From assembly GCA_020630595.1 (NCBI GenBank), contig JAHDBC010000008.1, positions 13,008 through 77,007 on the forward strand: DNA of 64,000 bases. The letters are read 5' to 3'. The translations under genes were made by a program, and so were the position numbers. The stretch is from Planktomarina sp. Its GTDB lineage: Bacteria; Pseudomonadota; Alphaproteobacteria; Rhodobacterales; Rhodobacteraceae. Under the pieces are notes generated by a model. That model had not been told where the DNA came from. It worked only from the letters and a program-made list of their open reading frames with translations, and made no database searches. Of the stretch, positions 18,367 to 27,553 are shown one piece after another; the stretch's first letter is position 1, and each line of letters begins with the position of its first letter.

Positions 18367-18399
18367 CACCCCCCGTACACCCCCTGTACACCCCCCGTA
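18367..18399. repeat. three tandem 11-nt units CACCCCC(C/T)GTA (G-rich on the minus strand)
   Basis: Direct reading gives caccccccgta / caccccctgta / caccccccgta. They lie between the SRPBCC stop (18464) and the putative terminator. Confidence 0.8.
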
Positions 18400-18463
18400 C
18401 AGACAGCTGTGCCAAAATGGCCGTCACCGGTGGGGCTGTTCCAGCCGCCAAAGTCTGGGGCAT

Positions 18464-18922
18464 TCAGGCTTGGGCTTGGCCTTCGGCAAAACCCGCCATC
18501 GCCTCAAACGCGAAGGTCCAGCCCTGTTCGACTTCGACGATCGAATCCAGTCCGGTAAAGCTTGTGACATGCACGTTCATCGTCATCAGCGTGCCGTCTT
18601 CCACGGTTTGCAGCGTGGCGCAGGCCAATGATGTGGTCAGCACCATGCCCTCTGCCTCCAAGGTTTCTGCATAGACCAGCCGTTCGCCCGGATCCGTGAT
18701 GATCCAATCTGCGTGGGCGGTGACGTAAGGGTTATCCGCAGGGCCAACCTGACCGGTTTCGCGTTCGCCGGGGGCAACGGGGCCCGGGTTTTTGATCATG
18801 AAAACCATGTCTGCATCCGGGCTGTTCCAGACCATGCGGGCCTTGGCGTCGGTCAGGCAGTGGTAAACATGGGCCGGGCTGGCCTTGATCGTGCGGGAAA
18901 AGGTCAGGTCTTTATGATCCAT
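18464..18922 (-). CDS. SRPBCC (Aha1/START-like) domain protein
   Basis: Internal ATG (MDHKDLTFSRTIKASPAHVYHCLTD...). About 152 aa, with the typical pairing to an upstream ArsR regulator (11-nt overlap). Confidence 0.75.
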   Translation of the reverse strand: MDHKDLTFSRTIKASPAHVYHCLTDAKARMVWNSPDADMVFMIKNPGPVAPGERETGQVGPADNPYVTAHADWIITDPGERLVYAETLEAEGMVLTTSLACATLQTVEDGTLMTMNVHVTSFTGLDSIVEVEQGWTFAFEAMAGFAEGQAQA

Positions 18923-19271
18923 GGGTGCGGTCCTTTGCAGTAAAGTTTTCAAGCTGTTCCATCTGTTCGGCCAGCGCACCCAGCCGATCCAACCGACCGT
19001 CCCACAGGCGCCGCTGTTGGGCGATCCAGTGTTCTGCAACGGCCAATGGCGCGGCTTCGATGTGCACGGTTCTGACCCTGCCTTTCTTTTCGCTGCGGAT
19101 CAGGCCGGCGGCTTCCAGTTTGGACAGGTGTTTCATGAACGTGGGCAGCGCCATGTCGTGGGGCGCGTGCAGGGTGCTGACGGGTGCTGGCCCTTCGACC
19201 AGCCGTTCGATGACGGCGCGGCGGGTGGGGTCGGCCAAGGCCGCAAAGAAGGAATCAAGATGGTTAGTCAT
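18912..19271 (-). CDS. ArsR/SmtB-family transcriptional regulator
   Basis: Last 119 codons of the 476-aa ORF 18912-20342. The winged-HTH signature is FAALADPTRRAVIERL...LPTFMKHLSKLEAAGLI. Confidence 0.85.
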   Translation of the reverse strand: MTNHLDSFFAALADPTRRAVIERLVEGPAPVSTLHAPHDMALPTFMKHLSKLEAAGLIRSEKKGRVRTVHIEAAPLAVAEHWIAQQRRLWDGRLDRLGALAEQMEQLENFTAKDRTHGS

Positions 19272-19320
19272 AAGGGTAAGTATTATCTGGGGCGATTGGT
19301 TAGTCAATGGGGTAACTGTT

Positions 19321-19341
19321 GTAGGGTGGGTGAAACCCACC
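19321..19341 (+). repeat. REP-like element family A copy (GTAGGGTGGGTGAAACCCACC)
   Basis: An identical 21-mer occurs at 28260-28280. Its reverse complement occurs at 62632-62653, and a variant at 28220-28241. It contains a GGTGGG/CCCACC hairpin. Confidence 0.8.
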
Positions 19342-19394
19342 GATCGCCAAACTCTGCCCTTTCGCCAAAATTGCCGACTATATATGGTGCCTGC

Positions 19395-22300
19395 ATGACT
19401 CACCCCACGTTCATCCATCTGCGCCTGCACACTGAATATTCCCTGTTGGAAGGGGCGGTGCGGCTGAAAAAATTGCCCGGTCTGATTGCGGATATGGGCA
19501 TGCCTGCGGTTGCCGTGACCGATACAAACAACATGTTCGCGGCGCTTGAATTTGCAGAAGGCGCGGCAAAGGCCGGGGTGCAGCCGATCATGGGGTGCCA
19601 GATTGATATCGGGTTTGATCCGGTGCGCCCGGGTGAACGGCCCAATCCGCCTGCACCTGTGGTTCTGCTGGCCCAGACTGAACTGGGGTATGAACATATC
19701 ATGGCGTTGAATTCGTGCCTTTATCTGAAAGAAGACGGGCAACTGCCGCAGGCCACTGTTGAACAACTGTTGGAACACACCGACGATGTGATCTGCCTGA
19801 CCGGCGGGCCGGGGGGGCCTGTTGGGCAATTCCTGCAACGGGGCCGCCGCGATCAGGCCGAAGATTTGATGCGCCGCTTGCAGGCCGGGTTCGGGGATCG
19901 TCTGTATGTCGAATTGCACCGCCACCCGCGTGAGGATGGCACCCAATCCGAAGCGGAACGGCTGACCGAACAGGGGTTCGTGGAAATGGCCTATGCCATG
20001 GATCTGCCCTTGGTCGCCACGAATGACGTCTATTTCCCCAAGGGGGACATGTATGAAGCCCACGATGCGCTGATCTGCATCGCCGAAGGCGCCTATGTCG
20101 ATCAACAGGAACCCCGCCGCCGTTTGACACCACAACATTATCTGAAAACGCCGGCGGAAATGGCCGTGTTGTTTGCCGATCTGCCGGAGGCGCTGGAGAA
20201 TACGGTCGAAATTGCCCGGCGCTGCGCCTTCAAAGCGTACAAGCGTGATCCGATCCTGCCCAAATTTGCGGATGACGAGGTTGAGGAGCTGCGCAAGCAA
20301 GCCAACGAAGGCCTGCAAAAACGTCTGGCCGTGATCCCCCATGCGGTGAGTGTTGAAGAATATCAGGAACGGCTGGATTTCGAACTGAAAATCATCGAAG
20401 GCATGGGGTTCCCCGGATACTTCTTGATCGTTGCAGATTTCATTGCATGGACCAAGGAGCAGGATATTCCGGTGGGCCCGGGCCGGGGGTCGGGCGCGGG
20501 GTCACTGGTGGCCTATGCCTTGACCATCACCGACCTTGATCCGTTGCGCTATGGCTTGCTGTTTGAACGGTTTTTGAACCCCGAACGTGTGTCCATGCCC
20601 GATTTCGACATCGACTTTTGCATGGACCGGCGGGAAGAGGTGATCCGCTACGTTCAGGAAAAATATGGGCGCGACAAGGTCGGCCAGATCATCACCTTTG
20701 GTGCGCTGTTGTCCAAGGCTGCGGTGCGCGACATTGGGCGGGTCTTGCAGATGCCCTATGGTCAGGTGGATCGGCTGTCCAAGATGATCCCGGTCGAAGG
20801 GGTGAAACCTGTTTCCATCGAAAAGGCATTGGCCGATGAACCGCGCCTGCGCGAAGAAGCGCGTTCGGAAGAAGTGGTTCAACGCCTGCTGAATTATGGC
20901 CAGCAGGTCGAAGGGTTGCTGAGGAACGCATCAACCCACGCAGCCGGGGTCGTGATCGGGGACCGCCCGTTGGACAAGCTGGTGCCGCTGTACCGCGACC
21001 CACGGTCCGATATGCCCGCGACGCAGTTCAATATGAAATGGGTGGAACAGGCGGGGTTGGTCAAGTTCGACTTTCTGGGCCTGAAGACCCTGACCGTGAT
21101 CCAGAACGCGATGGATTTGATCATGCGAACCCGCCCGATCCACATCGCGGCGGATGGCACGCAACTGTACGAACCATCCGAAGGCGCGGAAAACCAGATC
21201 AACGCGATCCCGCTGGATGATGAAAAATCCTATGCGCTGTATTCCGCAGGCAAGACCGTTGCCGTGTTTCAGGTGGAATCGTCAGGCATGATTGATGCGC
21301 TGAAACGCATGAAGCCCGACTGTATCGAAGATATCGTGGCATTGGTGGCGCTGTACCGCCCCGGCCCGATGGAAAACATCCCGAAGTTTTGTGAGGTCAA
21401 GAATGGCCTGTCAGACCGCGAATTGTTGCATCCGTCGGTCGATCATATCCTGGACGAAACCCAAGGCATCATCGTCTATCAGGAACAGGTGATGGAAATC
21501 GCCCGGCAAATGGCCGGGTACAGTTTGGGCGGTGCGGATCTGTTGCGCCGCGCGATGGGTAAAAAGATTCAAGAGGCGATGGACGCCGAAAAACCCAAGT
21601 TCCTGAAAGGCGCCGCTGAAAACGACGTCGATGAAAAGACGGCCAAGGAAACATGGGACCTGTTGGATAAATTCGCCAACTACGGGTTCAACAAATCCCA
21701 CGCTGCGGCCTATGCGGTGGTCAGTTATCAAACCGCGTGGCTGAAAGCGAACCACCCAGTGGAATTCATGGCGGGTGTCATGAACTGCGATATCCATCTG
21801 ACGGACAAACTGGCGGTCTATTTCAGCGAAGTGAAAAAGGGGCTGAAGCTGCCCTATACACCGCCCTGCGTAAACCGCAGTCAGGCCACGTTTGATGTGC
21901 ACGAAGGTCAGCTGGTCTATGCGTTGGGCGCATTGAAGGGCGTGGGTGTGGACGCCATGCGGCTGGTCGTCGAAGGCCGCGGCGCAAAGGAATTTGCAAC
22001 CCTTTATGATTTCGCCCGGCGGGTCGATCTGAAACGGGTGGGCAAGCGCGCGCTGGAAATGATGGCGCGGGCCGGGGCATTCGATGTTCTGGACCGCAAT
22101 CGCCGCCGGGTGTTTCAATCTTTGGATCGGCTGACAGCCTATTCCGCAGCGGTCCATGAACAACGCGCATCGGCCCAGGTCAGCCTGTTTGGCGAAGCGG
22201 GGGAAGATTTGCCCGAACCCCGTTTGGACCCGGTTGATGATTGGCTGCCCGCCGAACGCCTGTCCGAAGAATTCGCGGCCATCGGGTTCTATCTGTCGGG

Positions 22301-22892
22301 CCATCCGTTGGATGACTATATGCCCGCCCTGAAACGCAAGGGCATCCTGACGCTGGATCAGGTCGAAGCGAAAGCGCAATCCGGCCCGTTGATTGCCAAG
22401 ATGGCCGGAACCGTCGCCGGGCGTCAGGAACGCAAATCGGCCCGGGGCAACAGATTTGCGTTTGTTCAACTGTCTGACACCACGGGCGCATTCGAAGTCA
22501 CCATGTTTTCCGACACGCTGGAAACCGCACGTGATCATCTGGAAACCGGATCCATGGTGCAGGTTCAGGTCGAAGCCACACTGGAATCGGACCAGCTGAA
22601 ACTGTTGGGCCGGTCGGCTGCACCGTTGGATATGGTTGTGGGCGATGCGACCAGTGCCGGTTTGCGTGTCTATATAGAAGACATGACCGCCATCCCGGCT
22701 GCCGCAAACGTGCTGCATGACGCGGGCAAGGCGGTGAAAAACAGCGCAAAGGGGCCCATCTCGTTTTGTCTGATTGACGACGGCCTGCCCGGTGAAGTTG
22801 ATATCGACGCAGGGGGCGACTTTCCGGTATCGCCGCAGATCAAAGGGGCTTTGAAAAGCCTGACCGGCGTGGTGATGGTGGAAGAACTATGA
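19395..22892 (+). CDS. dnaE: DNA polymerase III alpha subunit
   Basis: Start at ATG 19395 (MTHPTFIHLRLHTEYSLLEGA, PHP domain). GPGRGSGAGSLVAYAL, FNKSHAAAYA and a C-terminal OB-fold region. 1165 aa. Confidence 0.96.
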   Translation: MTHPTFIHLRLHTEYSLLEGAVRLKKLPGLIADMGMPAVAVTDTNNMFAALEFAEGAAKAGVQPIMGCQIDIGFDPVRPGERPNPPAPVVLLAQTELGYEHIMALNSCLYLKEDGQLPQATVEQLLEHTDDVICLTGGPGGPVGQFLQRGRRDQAEDLMRRLQAGFGDRLYVELHRHPREDGTQSEAERLTEQGFVEMAYAMDLPLVATNDVYFPKGDMYEAHDALICIAEGAYVDQQEPRRRLTPQHYLKTPAEMAVLFADLPEALENTVEIARRCAFKAYKRDPILPKFADDEVEELRKQANEGLQKRLAVIPHAVSVEEYQERLDFELKIIEGMGFPGYFLIVADFIAWTKEQDIPVGPGRGSGAGSLVAYALTITDLDPLRYGLLFERFLNPERVSMPDFDIDFCMDRREEVIRYVQEKYGRDKVGQIITFGALLSKAAVRDIGRVLQMPYGQVDRLSKMIPVEGVKPVSIEKALADEPRLREEARSEEVVQRLLNYGQQVEGLLRNASTHAAGVVIGDRPLDKLVPLYRDPRSDMPATQFNMKWVEQAGLVKFDFLGLKTLTVIQNAMDLIMRTRPIHIAADGTQLYEPSEGAENQINAIPLDDEKSYALYSAGKTVAVFQVESSGMIDALKRMKPDCIEDIVALVALYRPGPMENIPKFCEVKNGLSDRELLHPSVDHILDETQGIIVYQEQVMEIARQMAGYSLGGADLLRRAMGKKIQEAMDAEKPKFLKGAAENDVDEKTAKETWDLLDKFANYGFNKSHAAAYAVVSYQTAWLKANHPVEFMAGVMNCDIHLTDKLAVYFSEVKKGLKLPYTPPCVNRSQATFDVHEGQLVYALGALKGVGVDAMRLVVEGRGAKEFATLYDFARRVDLKRVGKRALEMMARAGAFDVLDRNRRRVFQSLDRLTAYSAAVHEQRASAQVSLFGEAGEDLPEPRLDPVDDWLPAERLSEEFAAIGFYLSGHPLDDYMPALKRKGILTLDQVEAKAQSGPLIAKMAGTVAGRQERKSARGNRFAFVQLSDTTGAFEVTMFSDTLETARDHLETGSMVQVQVEATLESDQLKLLGRSAAPLDMVVGDATSAGLRVYIEDMTAIPAAANVLHDAGKAVKNSAKGPISFCLIDDGLPGEVDIDAGGDFPVSPQIKGALKSLTGVVMVEEL

Positions 22893-23524
22893 AAAAGCTG
22901 TTGGTCCTTGTGGCTTTTGTGGTGTCGGGGTGCGGGTCCGCGACCCTGAACGAATTTCCCAACGATGTGCCGGACACTGCAGCCAACAGTCTTGTTGAAA
23001 CGGATGCGGCAGAACAATCGGGCGGATCGTCGTGGTTTTCGCTGTTTCAGGGCGGGCCCAAGGAAGACGAAACAACGGTCGATGGGCCGCCCTTGCCATT
23101 TGGGTCGGTTGAAAAAGTCTGTCGTTACAGAACCCGTGATCTGGGCACCAAGGTCGACACCCAGGGTGGGTTTGCCCTTTATGACAGCAATCCCAGCCTT
23201 TTGGGGCCGCGCACCCATTTTCTAACAGGGTTCCGCGACCGCTGTGCGCGCAAACTGACCGCTGGGATGGCCTTTTTGGGCGACCCGCTGGTCCATGAAA
23301 CCCGCCGGTACAAAAGCCGCAGCCCATTTTCAGATGTCGACACGGCCTATGAAACGGTCAAAAACCGCATTTGCCGCGTCGATACGGGCGAAGCCTGCGG
23401 GGATCGGATCGATCAGCTGTCGAAAGACACAACATTTGTCAGCCTGCATCGGGCTTTTGGCACGCCAAGCGCGTCTGGCACGTTGCTTTTGCACCGGGGC
23501 CGCATCACCGCCAGCGTCTTTTAG
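22889..23524 (+). CDS. hypothetical lipoprotein
   Basis: 211 aa. Lipobox signal peptide MKKLLVLVAFVVSGC. The ATG overlaps the dnaE stop (ATGA at 22889-22892). Confidence 0.6.
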   Translation: MKKLLVLVAFVVSGCGSATLNEFPNDVPDTAANSLVETDAAEQSGGSSWFSLFQGGPKEDETTVDGPPLPFGSVEKVCRYRTRDLGTKVDTQGGFALYDSNPSLLGPRTHFLTGFRDRCARKLTAGMAFLGDPLVHETRRYKSRSPFSDVDTAYETVKNRICRVDTGEACGDRIDQLSKDTTFVSLHRAFGTPSASGTLLLHRGRITASVF

Positions 23525-23723
23525 GGCCCATTTTGGCGGAAAATCCTGATATCGGATTGTGATTTTTCGCGCCGAAACCTGTTTTGATCGAAATATGCTA
23601 CGGTCACGTTTTCTTTTTCGGCTGTAACACCCAAAAACTTCTGTTCCAAAGCGCACATAACTGCAGTGCCGCCCCTTTGGTTCCGTGCATCTTTGCGTTG
23701 GGTGTTCAATTGTGCACAGCCTG

Positions 23724-23739
23724 TGTGATCCTTGTCACA
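23724..23739. promoter_or_regulatory. perfect TGTGA-N6-TCACA palindrome (CRP/FNR-family type operator candidate)
   Basis: TGTGATCCTTGTCACA read directly, about 190 nt upstream of the first tandem small-protein gene, inside a roughly 400-nt non-coding gap. Confidence 0.4.
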
Positions 23740-23930
23740 GAACCACCCCACCCGGCGCGCGCCCACTGATTTCAAGGGGGCAGCCCTTTGGAATTTCAGC
23801 ATTTTTTCGTGAAGGACTTGCCCCCTTTTTTTCCGGGGGCGGATGCACAGATCGATGTCATCGGCGCAACAAACCGCACCGAACACAACATCAACCGCCC
23901 ATCCCCCCGGGCATAGAAAGGACCAAACAA

Positions 23931-24254
23931 ATGAAACTGGTAAAAATCTCTTTGATCGCTGCTGCAACACTGGCTGGCGCTTCTGCAGCCTCTGCGGCCA
24001 ACTATTTCTCCATCAACTCTGGCATCGATGCATTCGATACGGTTGTGGATCTGAACGTTGTACGGTCCGACCAAGCGGGCGTTGTGCAAATCCTGGACGC
24101 TGATGGCAACGTTCTGGGCATGACAGACGTTAACGCCGGTGCGAACCAAGACCTGCGCGTCAGCATCAAACCAACAACCGACGATCTGACACTGCAACTG
24201 CTGCACGGCGGTTCTGTTGTGGCCACAGGCGAAGTGAACGTCGACCGCTTCTAA
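23931..24254 (+). CDS. small secreted protein of unknown function, paralog 1
   Basis: 107 aa. Sec signal peptide MKLVKISLIAAATLAGASAASA. GAAAGGA Shine-Dalgarno-like sequence upstream. The mature part is identical at protein level to paralog 2. Confidence 0.7.
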   Translation: MKLVKISLIAAATLAGASAASAANYFSINSGIDAFDTVVDLNVVRSDQAGVVQILDADGNVLGMTDVNAGANQDLRVSIKPTTDDLTLQLLHGGSVVATGEVNVDRF

Positions 24255-24349
24255 GCTCCCCCAATCCTCCTGCGCCCCCTGTCCCCCGGGGGCGCATGAT
24301 CCCTCCTCCCTAACGTACTCTTTCCCCTAACCTCCGAAAGGAACACACT

Positions 24350-24673
24350 ATGAAACTGGTAAAAATCTCTCTGATCGCTGCAACAATCGCTGCGGGTGCA
24401 ACAGCGGCTTCTGCTGCCAACTATTTCTCCATCAACTCTGGCATCGATGCATTCGATACGGTTGTGGATCTGAACGTTGTACGGTCCGACCAAGCGGGCG
24501 TTGTGCAAATCCTGGACGCTGATGGCAACGTTCTGGGCATGACAGACGTTAACGCCGGTGCGAACCAAGACCTGCGCGTCAGCATCAAACCAACCACAGA
24601 CGATCTGACCCTGCAGTTGCTGCACGGTGGGTCCGTTGTGGCCACAGGCGAAGTGAACGTTGATCGTTTCTAA
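24350..24673 (+). CDS. small secreted protein of unknown function, paralog 2
   Basis: 107 aa. Signal peptide MKLVKISLIAATIAAGATAASA. The mature 85 aa are identical to paralog 1. Confidence 0.7.
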   Translation: MKLVKISLIAATIAAGATAASAANYFSINSGIDAFDTVVDLNVVRSDQAGVVQILDADGNVLGMTDVNAGANQDLRVSIKPTTDDLTLQLLHGGSVVATGEVNVDRF

Positions 24674-24708
24674 CTTGGCGATCTGACGGGCACTTCCGTT
24701 AGGGGCGA

Positions 24709-24744
24709 AGGGCATCTGCTGCGGCGGGTGCCCTTTGTCTGTTT
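24709..24744 (+). terminator. possible terminator after the tandem genes
   Basis: AGGGCA ... TGCCCT stem followed by TTTGTCTGTTT. The loop is long, so this is a weak call. Confidence 0.35.
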
Positions 24745-24940
24745 AATAGTGCGGCGGTCGTTCGTCGCCCATGATCACGCCACCGCCGCCTTCTGCTTCG
24801 CGGGCCTTTTCACGGTCCACCAAAACATCCACCAGCCTGCGCAGCTGTGTCAGTTCGGCGTCCTGCCGGGCCACGATATCAGACAGATCATCAACAGTTT
24901 TCACCAGATGGGCGATGGTTTCTTCTAACGCTTGGGTCAT
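24743..24940 (-). CDS. slyX: SlyX-family protein
   Basis: 65 aa coiled-coil protein ([27 protein letters not shown]) ending in the family-typical PPHY. Confidence 0.75.
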   Translation of the reverse strand: MTQALEETIAHLVKTVDDLSDIVARQDAELTQLRRLVDVLVDREKAREAEGGGGVIMGDERPPHY

Positions 24941-25037
24941 GGGTGTGGCCTACGCCCGTCTGCAGCGAAAGGGAAGGGCGTCCTTGCCCCCTTTGGCCCC
25001 CCACGTTAAACGGCACCCGAACGACACAGGTGCTGAT

Positions 25038-26528
25038 ATGGCAAAGCAGAAAAAAGCCCCACGCCCCAAGGCGATTCCGCCCAAAGGGTTCCGTGATTAT
25101 TTCGGGTCAGAGGTGACAGAGCGTTCGCATATGCTGTCCCAAATTGCCGAAGTCTATCACCGCTATGGCTTTGACGCATTGGAAAGCAGCGCCGTCGAAA
25201 CGGTCGAGGCTTTGGGAAAATTCCTGCCCGATGTGGACCGCCCCAACGAAGGCGTCTTTGCGTGGGAAGAAGAAGATTCCGGTTGGGTCGCCCTGCGCTA
25301 TGATATGACGGCCCCCTTGGCGCGGGTGTACGCCCAACACCGCAACGATTTGCCCACGCCATACCGCCGCTATGCAATGGGGCCCGTGTGGCGCAATGAA
25401 AAGGTTGGCCCGGGCCGGTTTCGCCAGTTTTATCAATGTGATGCCGATACCGTGGGCACGGCGTCCATGGCGGCAGACGCAGAAATCTGCGCCATGCTGG
25501 CGGATACGTTGGAGGCTGTAGGGATCGACCGTGGCGACTACATTGTACGGGTGAACAATCGCAAGGTTCTGAACGGCGTGCTAGAGGTCGCGGGCCTGTC
25601 CGGCGACGACAAAGAAGAAGAACGCGGCATCGTTTTGCGCGCGATTGATAAGCTGGACCGGCTGGGTGTCGAAGGCGTGCGCGCGCTTTTGGGCGAAGGT
25701 CGCAAGGACGAAAGCGGGGACTTCACGAAGGGGGCTGGGCTGGATGATCTGCAAGCCGACATCGTGATTGGATTCATGGAAGCGGGGGCCGCGACAGGTG
25801 CCGAAACGGTTGCCAATCTGCGCAATTTGGTCGCTGGATCCTCTGTTGGCGAAGATGGCGTTGCCGAACTGGAACAAATCGCGGACCTCCTCGCTGCCCA
25901 AGGCTATGGCCCTGACCGCATCATCATTGATCCTTCGGTCGTGCGTGGCCTCGGCTACTACACCGGCCCCGTTTACGAAGCGGAACTGACGTTTGAAGTG
26001 AAAGACGAAAAGGGCCGCCCCCGAAATTTCGGCTCTGTCGCGGGTGGGGGGCGTTATGACGATCTGGTCAAACGTTTCACCGGGCAGGCTGTCCCGGCCA
26101 CGGGGGTGTCCATCGGCGTGGACCGCTTGTTGGCCGCGCTGCGGATGAAAGGCCGGATCAAATCCGATGCCCAAGGGCCTGTGGTTGTGACGGTCATGGA
26201 CCGCGACCGCATGGCGGATTATCAGGCCATGGTGGGTGAATTGCGCCAAGCGGGCATTCGCGCCGAAGTGTATCTGGGCAACCCCAAGAATTTCGGCAAC
26301 CAATTGAAATATGCAGACGCGCGTCAGTCCCCCATCGCGATCATCGAAGGCGGGGATGAAAAGGCAAACGGCATTGTTCAGATCAAAGATCTGATCCTGG
26401 GCGCAAAGCTGGCCCAAGACGCCACATTGGAAGAATGGAAAGCCCGCCCCAGCCAGATCGAAGCGCCGCGTGCCGATCTGGTTGCGGCCGTGAAAAAAAT
26501 GCTGGCTGATCAGGACGCCGACACGTGA
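25038..26528 (+). CDS. hisS: histidine--tRNA ligase
   Basis: Start at ATG 25038 ([22 protein letters not shown]). Class II motifs [26 protein letters not shown] and an anticodon-binding C-terminus. 496 aa. Confidence 0.93.
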   Translation: MAKQKKAPRPKAIPPKGFRDYFGSEVTERSHMLSQIAEVYHRYGFDALESSAVETVEALGKFLPDVDRPNEGVFAWEEEDSGWVALRYDMTAPLARVYAQHRNDLPTPYRRYAMGPVWRNEKVGPGRFRQFYQCDADTVGTASMAADAEICAMLADTLEAVGIDRGDYIVRVNNRKVLNGVLEVAGLSGDDKEEERGIVLRAIDKLDRLGVEGVRALLGEGRKDESGDFTKGAGLDDLQADIVIGFMEAGAATGAETVANLRNLVAGSSVGEDGVAELEQIADLLAAQGYGPDRIIIDPSVVRGLGYYTGPVYEAELTFEVKDEKGRPRNFGSVAGGGRYDDLVKRFTGQAVPATGVSIGVDRLLAALRMKGRIKSDAQGPVVVTVMDRDRMADYQAMVGELRQAGIRAEVYLGNPKNFGNQLKYADARQSPIAIIEGGDEKANGIVQIKDLILGAKLAQDATLEEWKARPSQIEAPRADLVAAVKKMLADQDADT

Positions 26529-27553
26529 CCGGCACCACAGACATTTTGCTAGACCAATTCACCCGCTTCGGCGCGACACGGGTGGATGTGGATATTCTGC
26601 AATCCGCAGACCTGCTGCTGGATCTGTATGGCGAAGACATTCGCGGTCGGGCCTATGTGACCCATGATCCGTTGCGCGGTGAACTGATGCTGCGGCCTGA
26701 TTTCACGGTGCCTGTGGTGCAACGGCATATGGAAATCAGCGCCGAACCTGCGCGGTATTGCTATGCTGGTCCCGTGTTCCGCCAGCAGGATTTCGATGCA
26801 CAGCGCCCGTCGGAACACACGCAGGTCGGTTACGAGGTGTTCGACCGGGGCGATCCCGAATTGATCGAGGCAGAGGTGTTCAATCTGTTGTGGTCCAACG
26901 TCGAACATCTGCCGCTACGCGCTGTTGTTGGTGACGTGGGGCTGTTGGTTGCTGCCGTGGATGCGCTGACCACGTCTGATGCGCGCAAGGCGGCGTTGAA
27001 ACGCCACATCTGGCGGCCCCGGCGATTTGCCGAATTGCTGGATCGGTTCGCGGCCCCTGTCACTGTGGCAGACGCGGCCCCCGGCGGGCCGACCATTGGC
27101 CTGCGCCCGGCGTCCGATGTGGCGGACCGGTTTGAACAATTGCAGGCAGAAGCTTCGGCTGATCCGATCCCCGCGGCCCAAGTGGCGGCGGTGAAAACGT
27201 TGCTGGGCTGTGAAACCACGCTGTCCGGTGCAGGCCGCGCGTTGGACCCCATTTGCGATGTCTTGCCTGCCTTTGTGGGGGCCATGATCCGGTTCGATGA
27301 CCGGGTCGAAGCGTTTGACGACGCGGGCATCGATGTGGATGCGCTGACCTTCAAAGCGACCTATGGCCTGACATCGATGGAATATTACGACGGGTTTGTC
27401 TTTGGCATGATCGACCCGGCGCGGCCCGACCAGCCGCCCGTTGCATCCGGTGGGCGCTATGATGCGCTGACACGGGCCTTGGGCAAAGGCGATGCGGTGC
27501 CAGCCGTGGGTGGGATCATCCGCGTTGATCAGATGGAGGCGTACGGTGATTAA
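26525..27553 (+). CDS. hisZ: ATP phosphoribosyltransferase regulatory subunit
   Basis: 342 aa HisS paralogue lacking the anticodon domain ([13 protein letters not shown]). Sits between hisS and short-form hisG, with a 4-nt overlap onto hisS. Confidence 0.86.
   Translation: MTGTTDILLDQFTRFGATRVDVDILQSADLLLDLYGEDIRGRAYVTHDPLRGELMLRPDFTVPVVQRHMEISAEPARYCYAGPVFRQQDFDAQRPSEHTQVGYEVFDRGDPELIEAEVFNLLWSNVEHLPLRAVVGDVGLLVAAVDALTTSDARKAALKRHIWRPRRFAELLDRFAAPVTVADAAPGGPTIGLRPASDVADRFEQLQAEASADPIPAAQVAAVKTLLGCETTLSGAGRALDPICDVLPAFVGAMIRFDDRVEAFDDAGIDVDALTFKATYGLTSMEYYDGFVFGMIDPARPDQPPVASGGRYDALTRALGKGDAVPAVGGIIRVDQMEAYGD

Noticed and set aside
18367-18399. Tandem 11-mers considered as a CRISPR-like or minisatellite array
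   Set aside because: The units are contiguous with no spacers, there are only three, and no cas genes are present. I kept this as a short tandem repeat finding instead.
19272-20342. N-terminal 357 codons of the 476-aa minus-strand ORF 18912-20342
   Set aside because: Only the last 119 codons (ArsR regulator) make sense. The remainder is antisense to dnaE and crosses the divergent promoter region.
23521-23970. 149-aa minus-strand ORF in the long gap upstream of the tandem small-protein genes
   Set aside because: It has no Shine-Dalgarno sequence, Cys/Arg-rich composition atypical of the neighbours, and overlaps the start of the first tandem gene. I treat the region as non-coding.
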